Below the pieces are notes generated by a model that saw only the letters and a list, made by a program, of their open reading frames with translations, was not told the origin of the DNA and made no database searches. From Thermosulfurimonas dismutans (lineage in GTDB: Bacteria; Desulfobacterota; Thermodesulfobacteria; Thermodesulfobacteriales; Thermodesulfobacteriaceae), in NCBI RefSeq assembly GCF_001652585.1, contig NZ_LWLG01000008.1, positions 30,001-62,000 on the forward strand: a stretch of DNA of 32,000 bases, in the 5' to 3' direction. Positions 8,458 to 17,178 of the stretch are shown here, in pieces. Made by a program: the position numbers and the translations under genes. Position 1 is the first letter of the stretch, and each line of letters opens with the position of its first letter.

Positions 8458-11400
8458 TTATACATCTCTTACTTCAAACATTCTTTTCAAAAATTCTTCT
8501 TCAATAAGCCTGACTTTCCAGGTATGGTCTTCGCGGCGGAGATTTTCTAAGAAATTATCGCCGTTCACATAGATGATGTCGAACTCCTGGTCTCTGGTGT
8601 TGTACCCCTGCTTTCTAAACCATTCATTAAGCTTCTCAGCGTCCATCTCTTTAGTATTGCGCCAGAGGATAAGGACTTTCTCTCCTTGTGGATTTTCGCC
8701 GGTGATCACGCGCACGCCACGGATATGATCTACAGTCTTTACTCTCAGACCTATAAGATAGTTGAAGGTCTCCACCATATCCACTTTGACCCGGCGGGTA
8801 TCGCCCACAGTAGTGGTGGCAATTTCCATTTCGTAATTGAAAGGATCTTCAAAGCGTTCGACATTCAAAAGGCTTTCCCGAGTTTCAAACTCCAGCATGT
8901 AGCGCAGGATGTAATCCTCACGAAACTCCCGATTTTCATAAAGGAGTTTTTGTTGAATTTCGGTGCGTTTGAGTTCCAGATTGTTAAGGGTATCTTCGTA
9001 AGATTCTAGACGAATGTATTTGAGGAAGTGGCTTATGCCGTTTAGATTGCCGTCCTTATCCGGCTTGGGCTTGCCGTCCTTCCAATCACGGGAATAAATA
9101 ATCTTCTTTATACGGGGAAGGAGCACGGTGTCGAAATAATCCGCCACCTCCACCAGGATATATTTCCTTTTCCCGCCATCTTCGCGATTGAGATTGATCA
9201 CCGCATGTGCCGTGGTGCCGGAGCCGGCGAAGTAGTCGAGGATGAGGTCTGAATGGTTTGATACTGCATAAATTGCATCAGATACTGTATAAATAGACTT
9301 AGGATACAAATTTTCGTCAAATTTTAATCCTAATTCGGTTAATATACGAGTTCCATAATCTCCGGCTATATACTTCGGATCATCCCAAACAGTTTTAAAT
9401 TGTTTTTCTGTATTAGCTTTTAAAATCTGAATTTCGCCCTCACGAGTAATATGGACTTTAAGTAAATGCTTGATTTTTTCTATAGAATCTCTTGAATATC
9501 TCCATTTTCTTTCTATTCCTTGTTGATCTACTGGATAAATAGCTACTATTTGGTCATTTATGTAAATATTAGCTTTTCCTGGATGAAAATTCTCATCACA
9601 TACATCACCAAAACCTACAATGTTTTTATTTTTAATGTTTACATAAATAGGATAAAAACAATTTCTTGCTGTTTCTCTTTCGGATTCTCTGCCCCATTTT
9701 CTGAGATTCACGTATTCCCATTCTTCTTTTGGAATAGGCTTTCCATGTATTTTTGGTAATTTATGTGGAATACAAAAATAAGCAAAATCATGATTATAAG
9801 AAAAATATTTTCCCTGAATTCCTTTTTTATTGTGAATAATGGAAACGCAAATTTTTTCAAAATGATCTTCTGGAAAATGTAGTGATAGCAAACGGCCAAG
9901 TAATTCCTGTTCATTTTCATCAATAGCTATTATATGGCTTCCATCTTCTGTAGCAAAAATTCGACTTAAGGCGAGTCGATTATCTATCAATGTAAGCCAA
10001 GAGGAATGTTTATAATCATTCTTGTAAAGAATTTCCGTTGTTTTTGAATTATACGGCGGATCAATGTAAATACACTTAACCTGCCCCCTATACCGCTCGA
10101 GCAAAAGATTTAACGCCTGGAAGTTTTCGCCGTGGACGAGAAGACCGTCAAGCTCCTCGTCCAGGTTATCAAAAGAGGAAATAAGCTTGAGCTTGAACTC
10201 TTCGTCAAAATGGCGGGTGTCTATCACCAGATGGGGATGGGCTTTCAAAAATTCTATGGTCGGCGGTTCTGACCAGCCCGGCCGAACTAGATCGCCCTTT
10301 ATCTCATGGACATGGTAAAGTTTTTTCCACTCTTCGATTTGGTCCTGATTTTCAAGGATACGTTCAATGAGCCAGTTTCGTTTTTCCTCGTCCTCAATGG
10401 CAAAAATACGGTCAAGGGTTATGCAATATTGCGTCTCCCAGATAAATTTCTTTTTGAGCCAGAGTTTTTTCTGAAAGTTTTCAAGCTGGGCGAGAAAATC
10501 GATGATCTTGTGCCCGATGCGGCGGATAGCTTTAACTTTAGCGAGATATTGTTCTACCCGTGGCGCAGACTCGTTTTCTATATCGTCCAGGTGAACGACC
10601 TCATTCTTGATGTAAAAATCGAGCTCCCGGCGTAAGAATCCGCCCAGGTCTTTGTGGATGAAATAGTCAAAGGTGTTTCGGGCAGTAAAAGCGGCCAGAT
10701 GTTTCTCTAGAAGGGTTCGGTCTTTATTCTTTGGAGTAGGACGCGGCTCCTTGAGTTCTTTTTTCCAATCCTCAAAGCCATCGGTTTCCAAAAGAATAAA
10801 CTCGGCAATAGCCTTATTGATTTCTTCTTGTTTGCGGTCGTCCGGCCGGTATTCAAAACGAATAACCAGTTCGCCGGCTTCCTCCGCGATGGGATCGGCT
10901 TCGTGGAGCACAAAGCGACGTTTTTTAGAATTGGTAGTTTTTATATTGTCCCGGTCAGCCTCGGCTTGGACAACCTCGAAACGGACCCTTTTACCGGAAC
11001 GAAGTCTAAAAGCGTAATTGCGGAAATATTCGCTAGTTTTGATGTAATATTGATCGTAATTGGCCCAGTAAAGTTTTACTTCTTCACCGTTGTAAGGAAT
11101 GGCGTAAACATTTTCCTTATAGCGGCGTTTTGAAATGAAATCTCCCTCATCGTAGTAGCGACTGAAGAAGGTGTAGAGATGGGAATAGACTTCCTCTTCA
11201 AGCGCCGCTTGATCCGTCGTTCTTTGTAACTGGGCACGAAGCTCTTTGACTTTTGGAGATTGCTCAGGATCAACGCCAGCGTCTTTAAGCTGGTTTTCCA
11301 ATTTGATAAGCTCTTTTTCCAGAGCCTGCCGGCGCTCCTCGTCCATCTGGCCCAAAATTTCTTTCACTTGGGGGAGAAGATCTTCATTAAGAAAGCGAGA

Positions 11401-11514
11401 AATTTCTTCTCTCTTGGCATTCATGATGCGGTAGATGCCGAAATCAAGATCAGCGTGGTCAAATTGAAAAAGCTCGGCCAGAAGTTTTTTTAGTTTTTCA
11501 AACTGCTGGGACAT
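8458..11514 (-). CDS. Large beta-class N6-adenine/N4-cytosine DNA methyltransferase (type III Mod-like) with long N- and C-terminal extensions
   Basis: 1018 aa. Motif IV IYIDPPYN (around 10060) precedes motif I ILDYFAGSGTTAHAV (around 9240), which is beta-class order. WLTLIDNRLALSR and IIAIDENE resemble Mod-type methyltransferases. The N-terminus DLDFGIYRIMN is typical of large Mod-like enzymes as far as I recall. GGGGGAGG RBS is upstream. Confidence 0.85.
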   Translation of the reverse strand: MSQQFEKLKKLLAELFQFDHADLDFGIYRIMNAKREEISRFLNEDLLPQVKEILGQMDEERRQALEKELIKLENQLKDAGVDPEQSPKVKELRAQLQRTTDQAALEEEVYSHLYTFFSRYYDEGDFISKRRYKENVYAIPYNGEEVKLYWANYDQYYIKTSEYFRNYAFRLRSGKRVRFEVVQAEADRDNIKTTNSKKRRFVLHEADPIAEEAGELVIRFEYRPDDRKQEEINKAIAEFILLETDGFEDWKKELKEPRPTPKNKDRTLLEKHLAAFTARNTFDYFIHKDLGGFLRRELDFYIKNEVVHLDDIENESAPRVEQYLAKVKAIRRIGHKIIDFLAQLENFQKKLWLKKKFIWETQYCITLDRIFAIEDEEKRNWLIERILENQDQIEEWKKLYHVHEIKGDLVRPGWSEPPTIEFLKAHPHLVIDTRHFDEEFKLKLISSFDNLDEELDGLLVHGENFQALNLLLERYRGQVKCIYIDPPYNSKTTEILYKNDYKHSSWLTLIDNRLALSRIFATEDGSHIIAIDENEQELLGRLLSLHFPEDHFEKICVSIIHNKKGIQGKYFSYNHDFAYFCIPHKLPKIHGKPIPKEEWEYVNLRKWGRESERETARNCFYPIYVNIKNKNIVGFGDVCDENFHPGKANIYINDQIVAIYPVDQQGIERKWRYSRDSIEKIKHLLKVHITREGEIQILKANTEKQFKTVWDDPKYIAGDYGTRILTELGLKFDENLYPKSIYTVSDAIYAVSNHSDLILDYFAGSGTTAHAVINLNREDGGKRKYILVEVADYFDTVLLPRIKKIIYSRDWKDGKPKPDKDGNLNGISHFLKYIRLESYEDTLNNLELKRTEIQQKLLYENREFREDYILRYMLEFETRESLLNVERFEDPFNYEMEIATTTVGDTRRVKVDMVETFNYLIGLRVKTVDHIRGVRVITGENPQGEKVLILWRNTKEMDAEKLNEWFRKQGYNTRDQEFDIIYVNGDNFLENLRREDHTWKVRLIEEEFLKRMFEVRDV

Positions 11515-11535
11515 TTAGATCCTCCCCCTTAATTT

Positions 11536-14394
11536 TTATATAACCGACCATCTAATAGTAAAAAGAGGTTCTCGATAAGTCTTCTGTCTAAGTCTTCGCT
11601 CAAGTTGTTCGATAAGTTCATCCCGTTTGGCCAAAATTTCATCCTCGATATCAAAAATTTTTTGTCGTAAGCGGCGCTTTTTCCGTTCAAGCTCTTGAAG
11701 TTTACGCTGAATTTTGTGTTGTTCTTCAAGAGTGGCGGCCAAACGAGCCTGGCGCCTTAGGGCTTTTATCTGTTCTTTGGTTTGGTTAAGTTCCTGCTCA
11801 GCAGCCAAAATCATATCATCTGCCCATTTTTCAAGTTGTTCTCTTGCTTCCTGAAAGTAGCGGTTGTTTTCTTCAAGAGAGCGTGCAATGGTGGCCTGAA
11901 CATGACGTTCGGTCTCTGCCTCTAGGCGTTTGGCTACTTCTTGCGGAATTTGGACAGGTCCTTCCACTTCTCCACCGCAAAGGAAAAGTTTTTCGCATAT
12001 TTCCTGGTCGAGAGATTGACCCTCGTCAGTAACACCGGAAAAAAGTAAGTATTCCTCTTTTTGAAAAGATTCTATTACCAGCCTTTGTAAATGTATCCAA
12101 CCGGATTGACCTTTAAGGTTTTCAATCACAGTAATACGCGCAGGGTGGTTTGTTATATCAAAAATTACATGCATGGGAGGGGTAGGAAGCTTTTGGCCTT
12201 CGTTCAGAACATACTCTCCTAAGGGATGAGAAAAACGATAAAGAAACCGTGCTCCTATCTTTTTAGAACTTTGAGAGGTTTTCAAATAATAACGGCCGAG
12301 GGGAATTCCTTCTATCGGAGAACGATAGAGCTCAAAACTCAAAGATTTATCATCAAATTTGGCGCAATCTTTAAGAATATTCTTGGTAAGACCCCAAAAC
12401 ATACGACTTAGACGATCAAGATATTGCTCTGTTTCGCTTAAGCGGAGTTTTAGGCGTTCGTGAACTTCTTCGTCAAAATGTTCCAAAAGTTTGCGGCGGG
12501 TTTCAGCTAAAGTGCTCTTGATCTTTTCATCAAGCTCTTTTTGGAGCTTACGAAAGGCTTCATCGATTTCTTCTGGGGTACGGCAAGTTTGGTATATTTC
12601 CAAAACCCTTTTTTCGAAATCTACGCCTGATTCTATAGCTCCAAGGACTTCATCCGAAGCACCAAAAAGTCCAGTGAAAAGACGAAATTTTTCGGTCAAA
12701 AGCTCGTAAACTCTTTGATCTGCAGCGTTGCGCTGGTTTAAAAAATTGATTACCACTACATCAAACTTTTGGCCATAACGATGGCAACGACCGATACGCT
12801 GTTCGATACGCTGGGGATTCCAAGGAAGATCGTAGTTAATCACCAGAGAACAGAACTGGAGATTTATTCCTTCCGCCCCGGCTTCCGTGGCAATCAAAAT
12901 TTCGGCATAGTCTCGGAAATGTTCAATTAGAGCCGTTCTGATGTCCACTTGCTTATTACCGGTTATACGGCCGGTGCCGGCGTTAACTTCAAGCCATTTT
13001 TCATAAATGCGATGGCTTTCAGGGTCTGTATTAGTGCCACTAAAAGTGACTATGCGCCCAGCATAGCCGTTGGCTTCTAGGAAATCTTTGAGAAACTGTT
13101 GAGTACGGCGAGACTCTGTAAAAATAACGGCTTTTCGAGCCGCCCCCATTTCCTCCATTTTTTTAAAGCCAATTTCTAAAGCCTTAAGAAGAGCTCGGGC
13201 CTTACTATCTATGCCTATGCTTTTCGCCCAGCGAATGAGGGAGTCAAGCTCAGAAATTTCGGCTTCAAGTTTTTGTAAATCGATTTCTTCTGTGGAGAGT
13301 TCTTCCTCCGGCTCAGTGTCTTCTTCAATAAGTTCGCTTTCGAGCTCTTCCTCATTGAGGATGCGTTCGAGCAGGTCGCTATCATCTTTTTCTTTGAGCC
13401 CATCTCGAAGTTCGATAAGTCTGTCACGTAAAGCCTCTAGCATGGCGGCTACTGCTCTCGGAGAAGAAGCCAAAAGTTTTCTGGCAATTAGAATCATGAG
13501 ATGACGATGTCGCTTTGGAAAGGCGTAAGTATCTTCACGCTGTAGATAGGATGATATAGCTTCATAAAGGCCTTGCTCGTCATCCGAAGGAGTAAAGGGT
13601 TGGGTAATAAGACGCCTTTCAGTGTAGCGAATATATTCGGTTACCTGACGCCTAAGAGTTCGATAACAAAACTTTTGAAGCCTTTCTCGTAGCTCTAACA
13701 AATTACCGTTTCGTCCCATATATTGGGCACGGAAAGCTTTTAGATCTCCAAAAATGCGTTCGTCTATCAAAAGAGAAAGTCCATAGAGTTCGAGTAGAGA
13801 GTTTTGAAGCGGAGTGGCCGTCAAAAGAATTTTAGGACGGTCTTCTAAAGCAAATTTTATATTTTGTCCGATCCGATTCGAAGGCCGATAAAGATTTCGC
13901 AGTTTATGGGCTTCGTCTATAACTACTAGATCCCAATTAACTGCGCGAATGTAATGGGCCATCCGGCTGGCATAGTGCATAGAAGTAATAACAATTCGGT
14001 CACAATCGAAAGGATTGGGATTTCCTTGTGCCATAGATTCTTTGAAAGATTTAGCATCAAGAATAATTGTAGGCAGGAAAAATTTTTCCTCTAATTCAAG
14101 AGACCATTGTTTGCGAATAGAAGCTGGACAAATAATCAAAAGTTTACGCTTGCGTTCTGCCCAAAACTGGCATAGTACTAACCCGGCCTCGATAGTTTTT
14201 CCAAGACCTACTTCATCAGCCAAAATAACTCCTTTGGAAATAGGAGAACGCAAAGCAAAAAGAGCGGCTTCAATTTGGTGAGGATTAAGATCAACCGCGG
14301 CATCAAAAAGAGAGTGCGATAGACGGGTTAATTCTTGGCTACTACGTTGTTTAATAGCGTAAGCGTAATATTTAGCGTGATAGTCGGTAATCAT
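11536..14394 (-). CDS. SNF2/SWI2-family helicase with C-terminal extension ending in a coiled coil
   Basis: 952 aa. Motifs are LADEVGLGKTIEAG (I), LVVIDEAHKLRN (II), LLLTATPLQNSLLELYGL (III) and GAEGINLQ...DLPWNPQRIEQRIGRCHRYGQK (V-VI). It is the first gene of the co-directional array. Confidence 0.85.
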   Translation of the reverse strand: MITDYHAKYYAYAIKQRSSQELTRLSHSLFDAAVDLNPHQIEAALFALRSPISKGVILADEVGLGKTIEAGLVLCQFWAERKRKLLIICPASIRKQWSLELEEKFFLPTIILDAKSFKESMAQGNPNPFDCDRIVITSMHYASRMAHYIRAVNWDLVVIDEAHKLRNLYRPSNRIGQNIKFALEDRPKILLTATPLQNSLLELYGLSLLIDERIFGDLKAFRAQYMGRNGNLLELRERLQKFCYRTLRRQVTEYIRYTERRLITQPFTPSDDEQGLYEAISSYLQREDTYAFPKRHRHLMILIARKLLASSPRAVAAMLEALRDRLIELRDGLKEKDDSDLLERILNEEELESELIEEDTEPEEELSTEEIDLQKLEAEISELDSLIRWAKSIGIDSKARALLKALEIGFKKMEEMGAARKAVIFTESRRTQQFLKDFLEANGYAGRIVTFSGTNTDPESHRIYEKWLEVNAGTGRITGNKQVDIRTALIEHFRDYAEILIATEAGAEGINLQFCSLVINYDLPWNPQRIEQRIGRCHRYGQKFDVVVINFLNQRNAADQRVYELLTEKFRLFTGLFGASDEVLGAIESGVDFEKRVLEIYQTCRTPEEIDEAFRKLQKELDEKIKSTLAETRRKLLEHFDEEVHERLKLRLSETEQYLDRLSRMFWGLTKNILKDCAKFDDKSLSFELYRSPIEGIPLGRYYLKTSQSSKKIGARFLYRFSHPLGEYVLNEGQKLPTPPMHVIFDITNHPARITVIENLKGQSGWIHLQRLVIESFQKEEYLLFSGVTDEGQSLDQEICEKLFLCGGEVEGPVQIPQEVAKRLEAETERHVQATIARSLEENNRYFQEAREQLEKWADDMILAAEQELNQTKEQIKALRRQARLAATLEEQHKIQRKLQELERKKRRLRQKIFDIEDEILAKRDELIEQLERRLRQKTYREPLFTIRWSVI

Positions 14395-14541
14395 TCAGTA
14401 CTTCTTTATCTTCTGACTTTATCTTCTGGCTCACGACGCCGATGATCTCGCGCTCCTCGGTCATCTCGATTTCGGGATATTCGTAGTTTTTCCTAAGCCA
14501 CCCTACAAGTATTTCTTTCCCCCTTTAAAAGGTTTTTCTAC

Positions 14542-14870
14542 CTAACTTAAATTTTCTTGACAAGCTAAAGTGAGATAAGATGTGAAGGCGGAAAGCCTGG
14601 GTTTCCTGATAACAGCCTTTTTAGAAACTACATCAACCTTTACTCCTAAAATGCGTTCTAAATAATCTTTGAGGCCAACAATCTTTAAGCCGATTAGCCT
14701 TTCAAATTCCACTAAAATATCAATATCACTACCCAAGATTTCCTCCCCTGCACACAAGAATAAAAAGATTAATCTCTTTAAACCCGAAATTCTTTAGCTA
14801 ATATTGATTTGTGCTCTTGAAAAATGCGTTTTATGTCGTCTAAAGTTTCGTTCCCATAACGCCCGAGCTC
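14542..14870 (-). pseudogene. Decayed MNT-type nucleotidyltransferase (HEPN/MNT toxin-antitoxin family antitoxin)
   Basis: The C-terminal piece (ORF 14542..14757) reads ...EEILGSDIDILVEFE...GLKDYLERILGVKVDVVSKKA. It has the GS and DxD motifs but the spacer between them is lost. My translation of 14781..14870 gives the matching N-terminal piece ETLDDIKRIFQEHKSILAKEFRV. That piece ends at an in-frame TAA (14780..14778), has no start codon, and is frame-shifted relative to the rest. Confidence 0.55.
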
Positions 14871-14876
14871 CTTTTT

Positions 14877-17165
14877 CTATCCCTTCGCACTCATTACGAT
14901 TACCTGCCAGCCCTCCTTGGTAAGGGAATGCAATATCTCCATCGTCTTTTGGGTGCGGTCATGGTCAAAATAGGCGAAGGGTTCGTCAAGCAGCAAAAAG
15001 GCCTTGCGGTCGAAAAAGAGACGAATCAGGGCCAATCGGGCGGAGAGAAGGAGCTGAGAAGAGGTTCCGTCAGAAAGCTCGTTAATGGGAAAGGATCTTC
15101 CGTCCTTACGGATAGCTCTCCATTTGGTTTTAAAGGTGTCGCCGTCGAAAAAGAGGCTTTCGGTCTTGAATTTTACGCCAGTGTAATTTCCGTAGGTAAT
15201 ACGGGAGAAGAGGTCGCTTACGCTGGATTCGAACTCTCCTAAATATCGACGATTAATCTCCCCCCTCAACTCCGCAAGCACCTCAAGCCCAAACCGCAGG
15301 ACTCTTTCCATATTTAGCATGCGCCGGAGCTTCTCTTCAAGCTCTCTTTTCTGGAAAAGTAGGTCGTCAAGCTCTTTTTTATCCGGCTCTTTTTGGGTCA
15401 AGCCTTCATAAAGGCTCTTTTTCTTCTCTAGCTCCACTATTTCTTCCCGTAGTTCTTCAAGCCGCCTTTCTTTCTCTTCGATTTTGGTTTTCAAATCTTC
15501 GAGATCTAGGTGCGAACACTCTTCTTCAAACTCTTTAGCTTCCTTAAGAGTGAGGTTTTCTATCTCTTTTTCGAGGGATTTAAGCGCCTCCTCTTGACGA
15601 TCCCTCTCATCCTCAAACTTCTGTCTTTTAGGTTCAAGCTCGCTTTTCCGTTTTTGAATCTCCTCAAGCCCTTTTTCTACTTCCTCAAGCCTTCGGCTTA
15701 ACGCTTCTCTTTCTTTTTCCTTTTTTTCTATTTCTTCGTCGATATTCTCCAATTCCTTTATTTTGTCCGATAAGGCTCTGGCTTTCTCTCGCAGTCGGAC
15801 CAGATCTTCCTCGGTATCGAATCTTGTGGAAAGACGCTCCTTTTGTTCAAGTAAACTTATCAAGTCCTCCAGGGTTTCAATGCTTCCGTAAGTTTTGGCC
15901 AGTTTTTCGACTTTTTTCTTTACTTTTTCTATCTCCTGGGAGGTATAGATTTGAAGCGAAAGATCCCGGTAGCGAATAAGGGCTTCGCCTTCGAATTCGT
16001 AAGCTTCCCCCGGGCCTAATTTAGCTTGATCTCCAACCCCGACTTTGTCTTTAGCTTCCAAGACCCTGATGATGCCCCTTGACCTATGGCACAGCCTTCG
16101 ATAGGTCTCCCAATCTAAAAAATCGGATCTCAGTTCTTTGGAACTCCGGTTTTGAAACTTCCCGAGTTTCCGGTTTAGTTCTTCTATCTCTTGTAAAAAT
16201 TTAATCTTTTGGTTGGTATCTTTGAGTTCCTGTTCTGCCTTTATTAACTCAAGTTTTTTCCTGTTTAGCTGGTTGATTTTCTCGAAAACTTCATTTTCTT
16301 GCCTTTTGAGCTTTTCTTTTTCTTCTAGTTTTTCCTTCTCTTTCTGGCCGTATTCTTTCAGTTGTTTTTCAAGGTCTTCAATTTTTTTCTTCAAATCTTT
16401 TATCTTATTTTCCGTTTCCTTGAAGGTGGCATAATTCAGTAATCTTTTGTCTCTTTCAATTTCAGCCTCAAGAGCCGTCTTCGCTTTAATTTTCTCTTCA
16501 AGCTCAGCTTTCGTTTTCTCAAGCTCCTCTTTGTTCCTTCGATATTCCTCGTGTCTTTTAATGGTTTCGGTTAAGCGTTCCTCTGTGCGTTTCAGCTCTT
16601 CCTTGAGGGATTTTTCCTCTTTTCCAAAGGGCCTGCTCTTGAACCTCTGTGTGCTCCCTTTCTGGAAAATGAGTATGTCTTCTAGCAGCTTTTTCACTTC
16701 TTCGATGCTTGCCGATTTGAGGACTGTGTCAAGCAAACTCTTTAGGCCCTTTCCGGTTTCGGTGGCAAGATCCCTTTCCTTTAAGACCAGAAGGCCGTTT
16801 AAGACCGCGGGAAAGAAATGATACCCCTTTCGCTCCAGAAAATCCTCTATGGCCTTGGCTCGGCCGAGATCCGTACCATCGCTTCCCGAAAGCCGCACCG
16901 TTCCGTCCTGAGCATTAACTTTGAGGGTGTAGGTGTGCTCTCCAATCTCGAAGGTTACTTCCAAGACCGGATCTATCTCTTTTCCCTCGGTTCTCTTGGC
17001 CTTGAGTCTTTCCGGGGAAAGTGAAAAGGCGTCTTTTATGCCCTCGATGAGGGTAGATTTTCCCGTCTCATTCGGAGCCGTAAAGACAAAGGGATTGTCC
17101 TTAAACTCAAATTCCCTGTCCTCTAGGATTTTATAGTTTTTGAAGGATACCTTGAGGAGTCTCAT
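14877..17165 (-). CDS. SbcC/Rad50-like (YhaN/SbcE-like) coiled-coil ATPase without a zinc hook
   Basis: 762 aa. Walker A is APNETGKST, followed by a very long K/E-rich coiled coil. The C-terminal signature and Walker B are LSDGTSSQLLLSARLAL...FLLLDEPFAYFD. The protein has only two Cys and no CxxC. GGGGGA RBS is present, 13 nt after the SbcD-like stop. Confidence 0.8.
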   Translation of the reverse strand: MRLLKVSFKNYKILEDREFEFKDNPFVFTAPNETGKSTLIEGIKDAFSLSPERLKAKRTEGKEIDPVLEVTFEIGEHTYTLKVNAQDGTVRLSGSDGTDLGRAKAIEDFLERKGYHFFPAVLNGLLVLKERDLATETGKGLKSLLDTVLKSASIEEVKKLLEDILIFQKGSTQRFKSRPFGKEEKSLKEELKRTEERLTETIKRHEEYRRNKEELEKTKAELEEKIKAKTALEAEIERDKRLLNYATFKETENKIKDLKKKIEDLEKQLKEYGQKEKEKLEEKEKLKRQENEVFEKINQLNRKKLELIKAEQELKDTNQKIKFLQEIEELNRKLGKFQNRSSKELRSDFLDWETYRRLCHRSRGIIRVLEAKDKVGVGDQAKLGPGEAYEFEGEALIRYRDLSLQIYTSQEIEKVKKKVEKLAKTYGSIETLEDLISLLEQKERLSTRFDTEEDLVRLREKARALSDKIKELENIDEEIEKKEKEREALSRRLEEVEKGLEEIQKRKSELEPKRQKFEDERDRQEEALKSLEKEIENLTLKEAKEFEEECSHLDLEDLKTKIEEKERRLEELREEIVELEKKKSLYEGLTQKEPDKKELDDLLFQKRELEEKLRRMLNMERVLRFGLEVLAELRGEINRRYLGEFESSVSDLFSRITYGNYTGVKFKTESLFFDGDTFKTKWRAIRKDGRSFPINELSDGTSSQLLLSARLALIRLFFDRKAFLLLDEPFAYFDHDRTQKTMEILHSLTKEGWQVIVMSAKG

Positions 17166-17178
17166 AGCTGTTTCCCCC

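Noticed and set aside
3357-14394. Calling the cassette DISARM, BREX or plain type III RM
   Set aside because: I see no DUF1998 or PLD genes (DISARM) and no PglZ, BrxC or BrxL genes (BREX). The extra SNF2 and ATPase pair exceeds a type III RM. I therefore describe the architecture without assigning a system name.
16213-16821. Plus-strand ORFs of 73 and 124 aa, rich in Ser/Phe/Leu, inside the SbcC-like gene (similar cases at 13211-13504, 10673-11133 and 26044-26439)
   Set aside because: They are antisense shadows of K/E-rich coiled-coil coding sequence (GAA/AAG read backwards as TTC/CTT). Their composition is typical of non-coding reverse frames.
14877-17165. Lamassu LmuB or Wadjet JetC identity for the coiled-coil ATPase
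   Set aside because: The immediate partner is an Mre11/SbcD-type phosphoesterase, not LmuA/LmuC or JetA/B/D-type genes. The pair fits the SbcCD/YhaNO repair family better.
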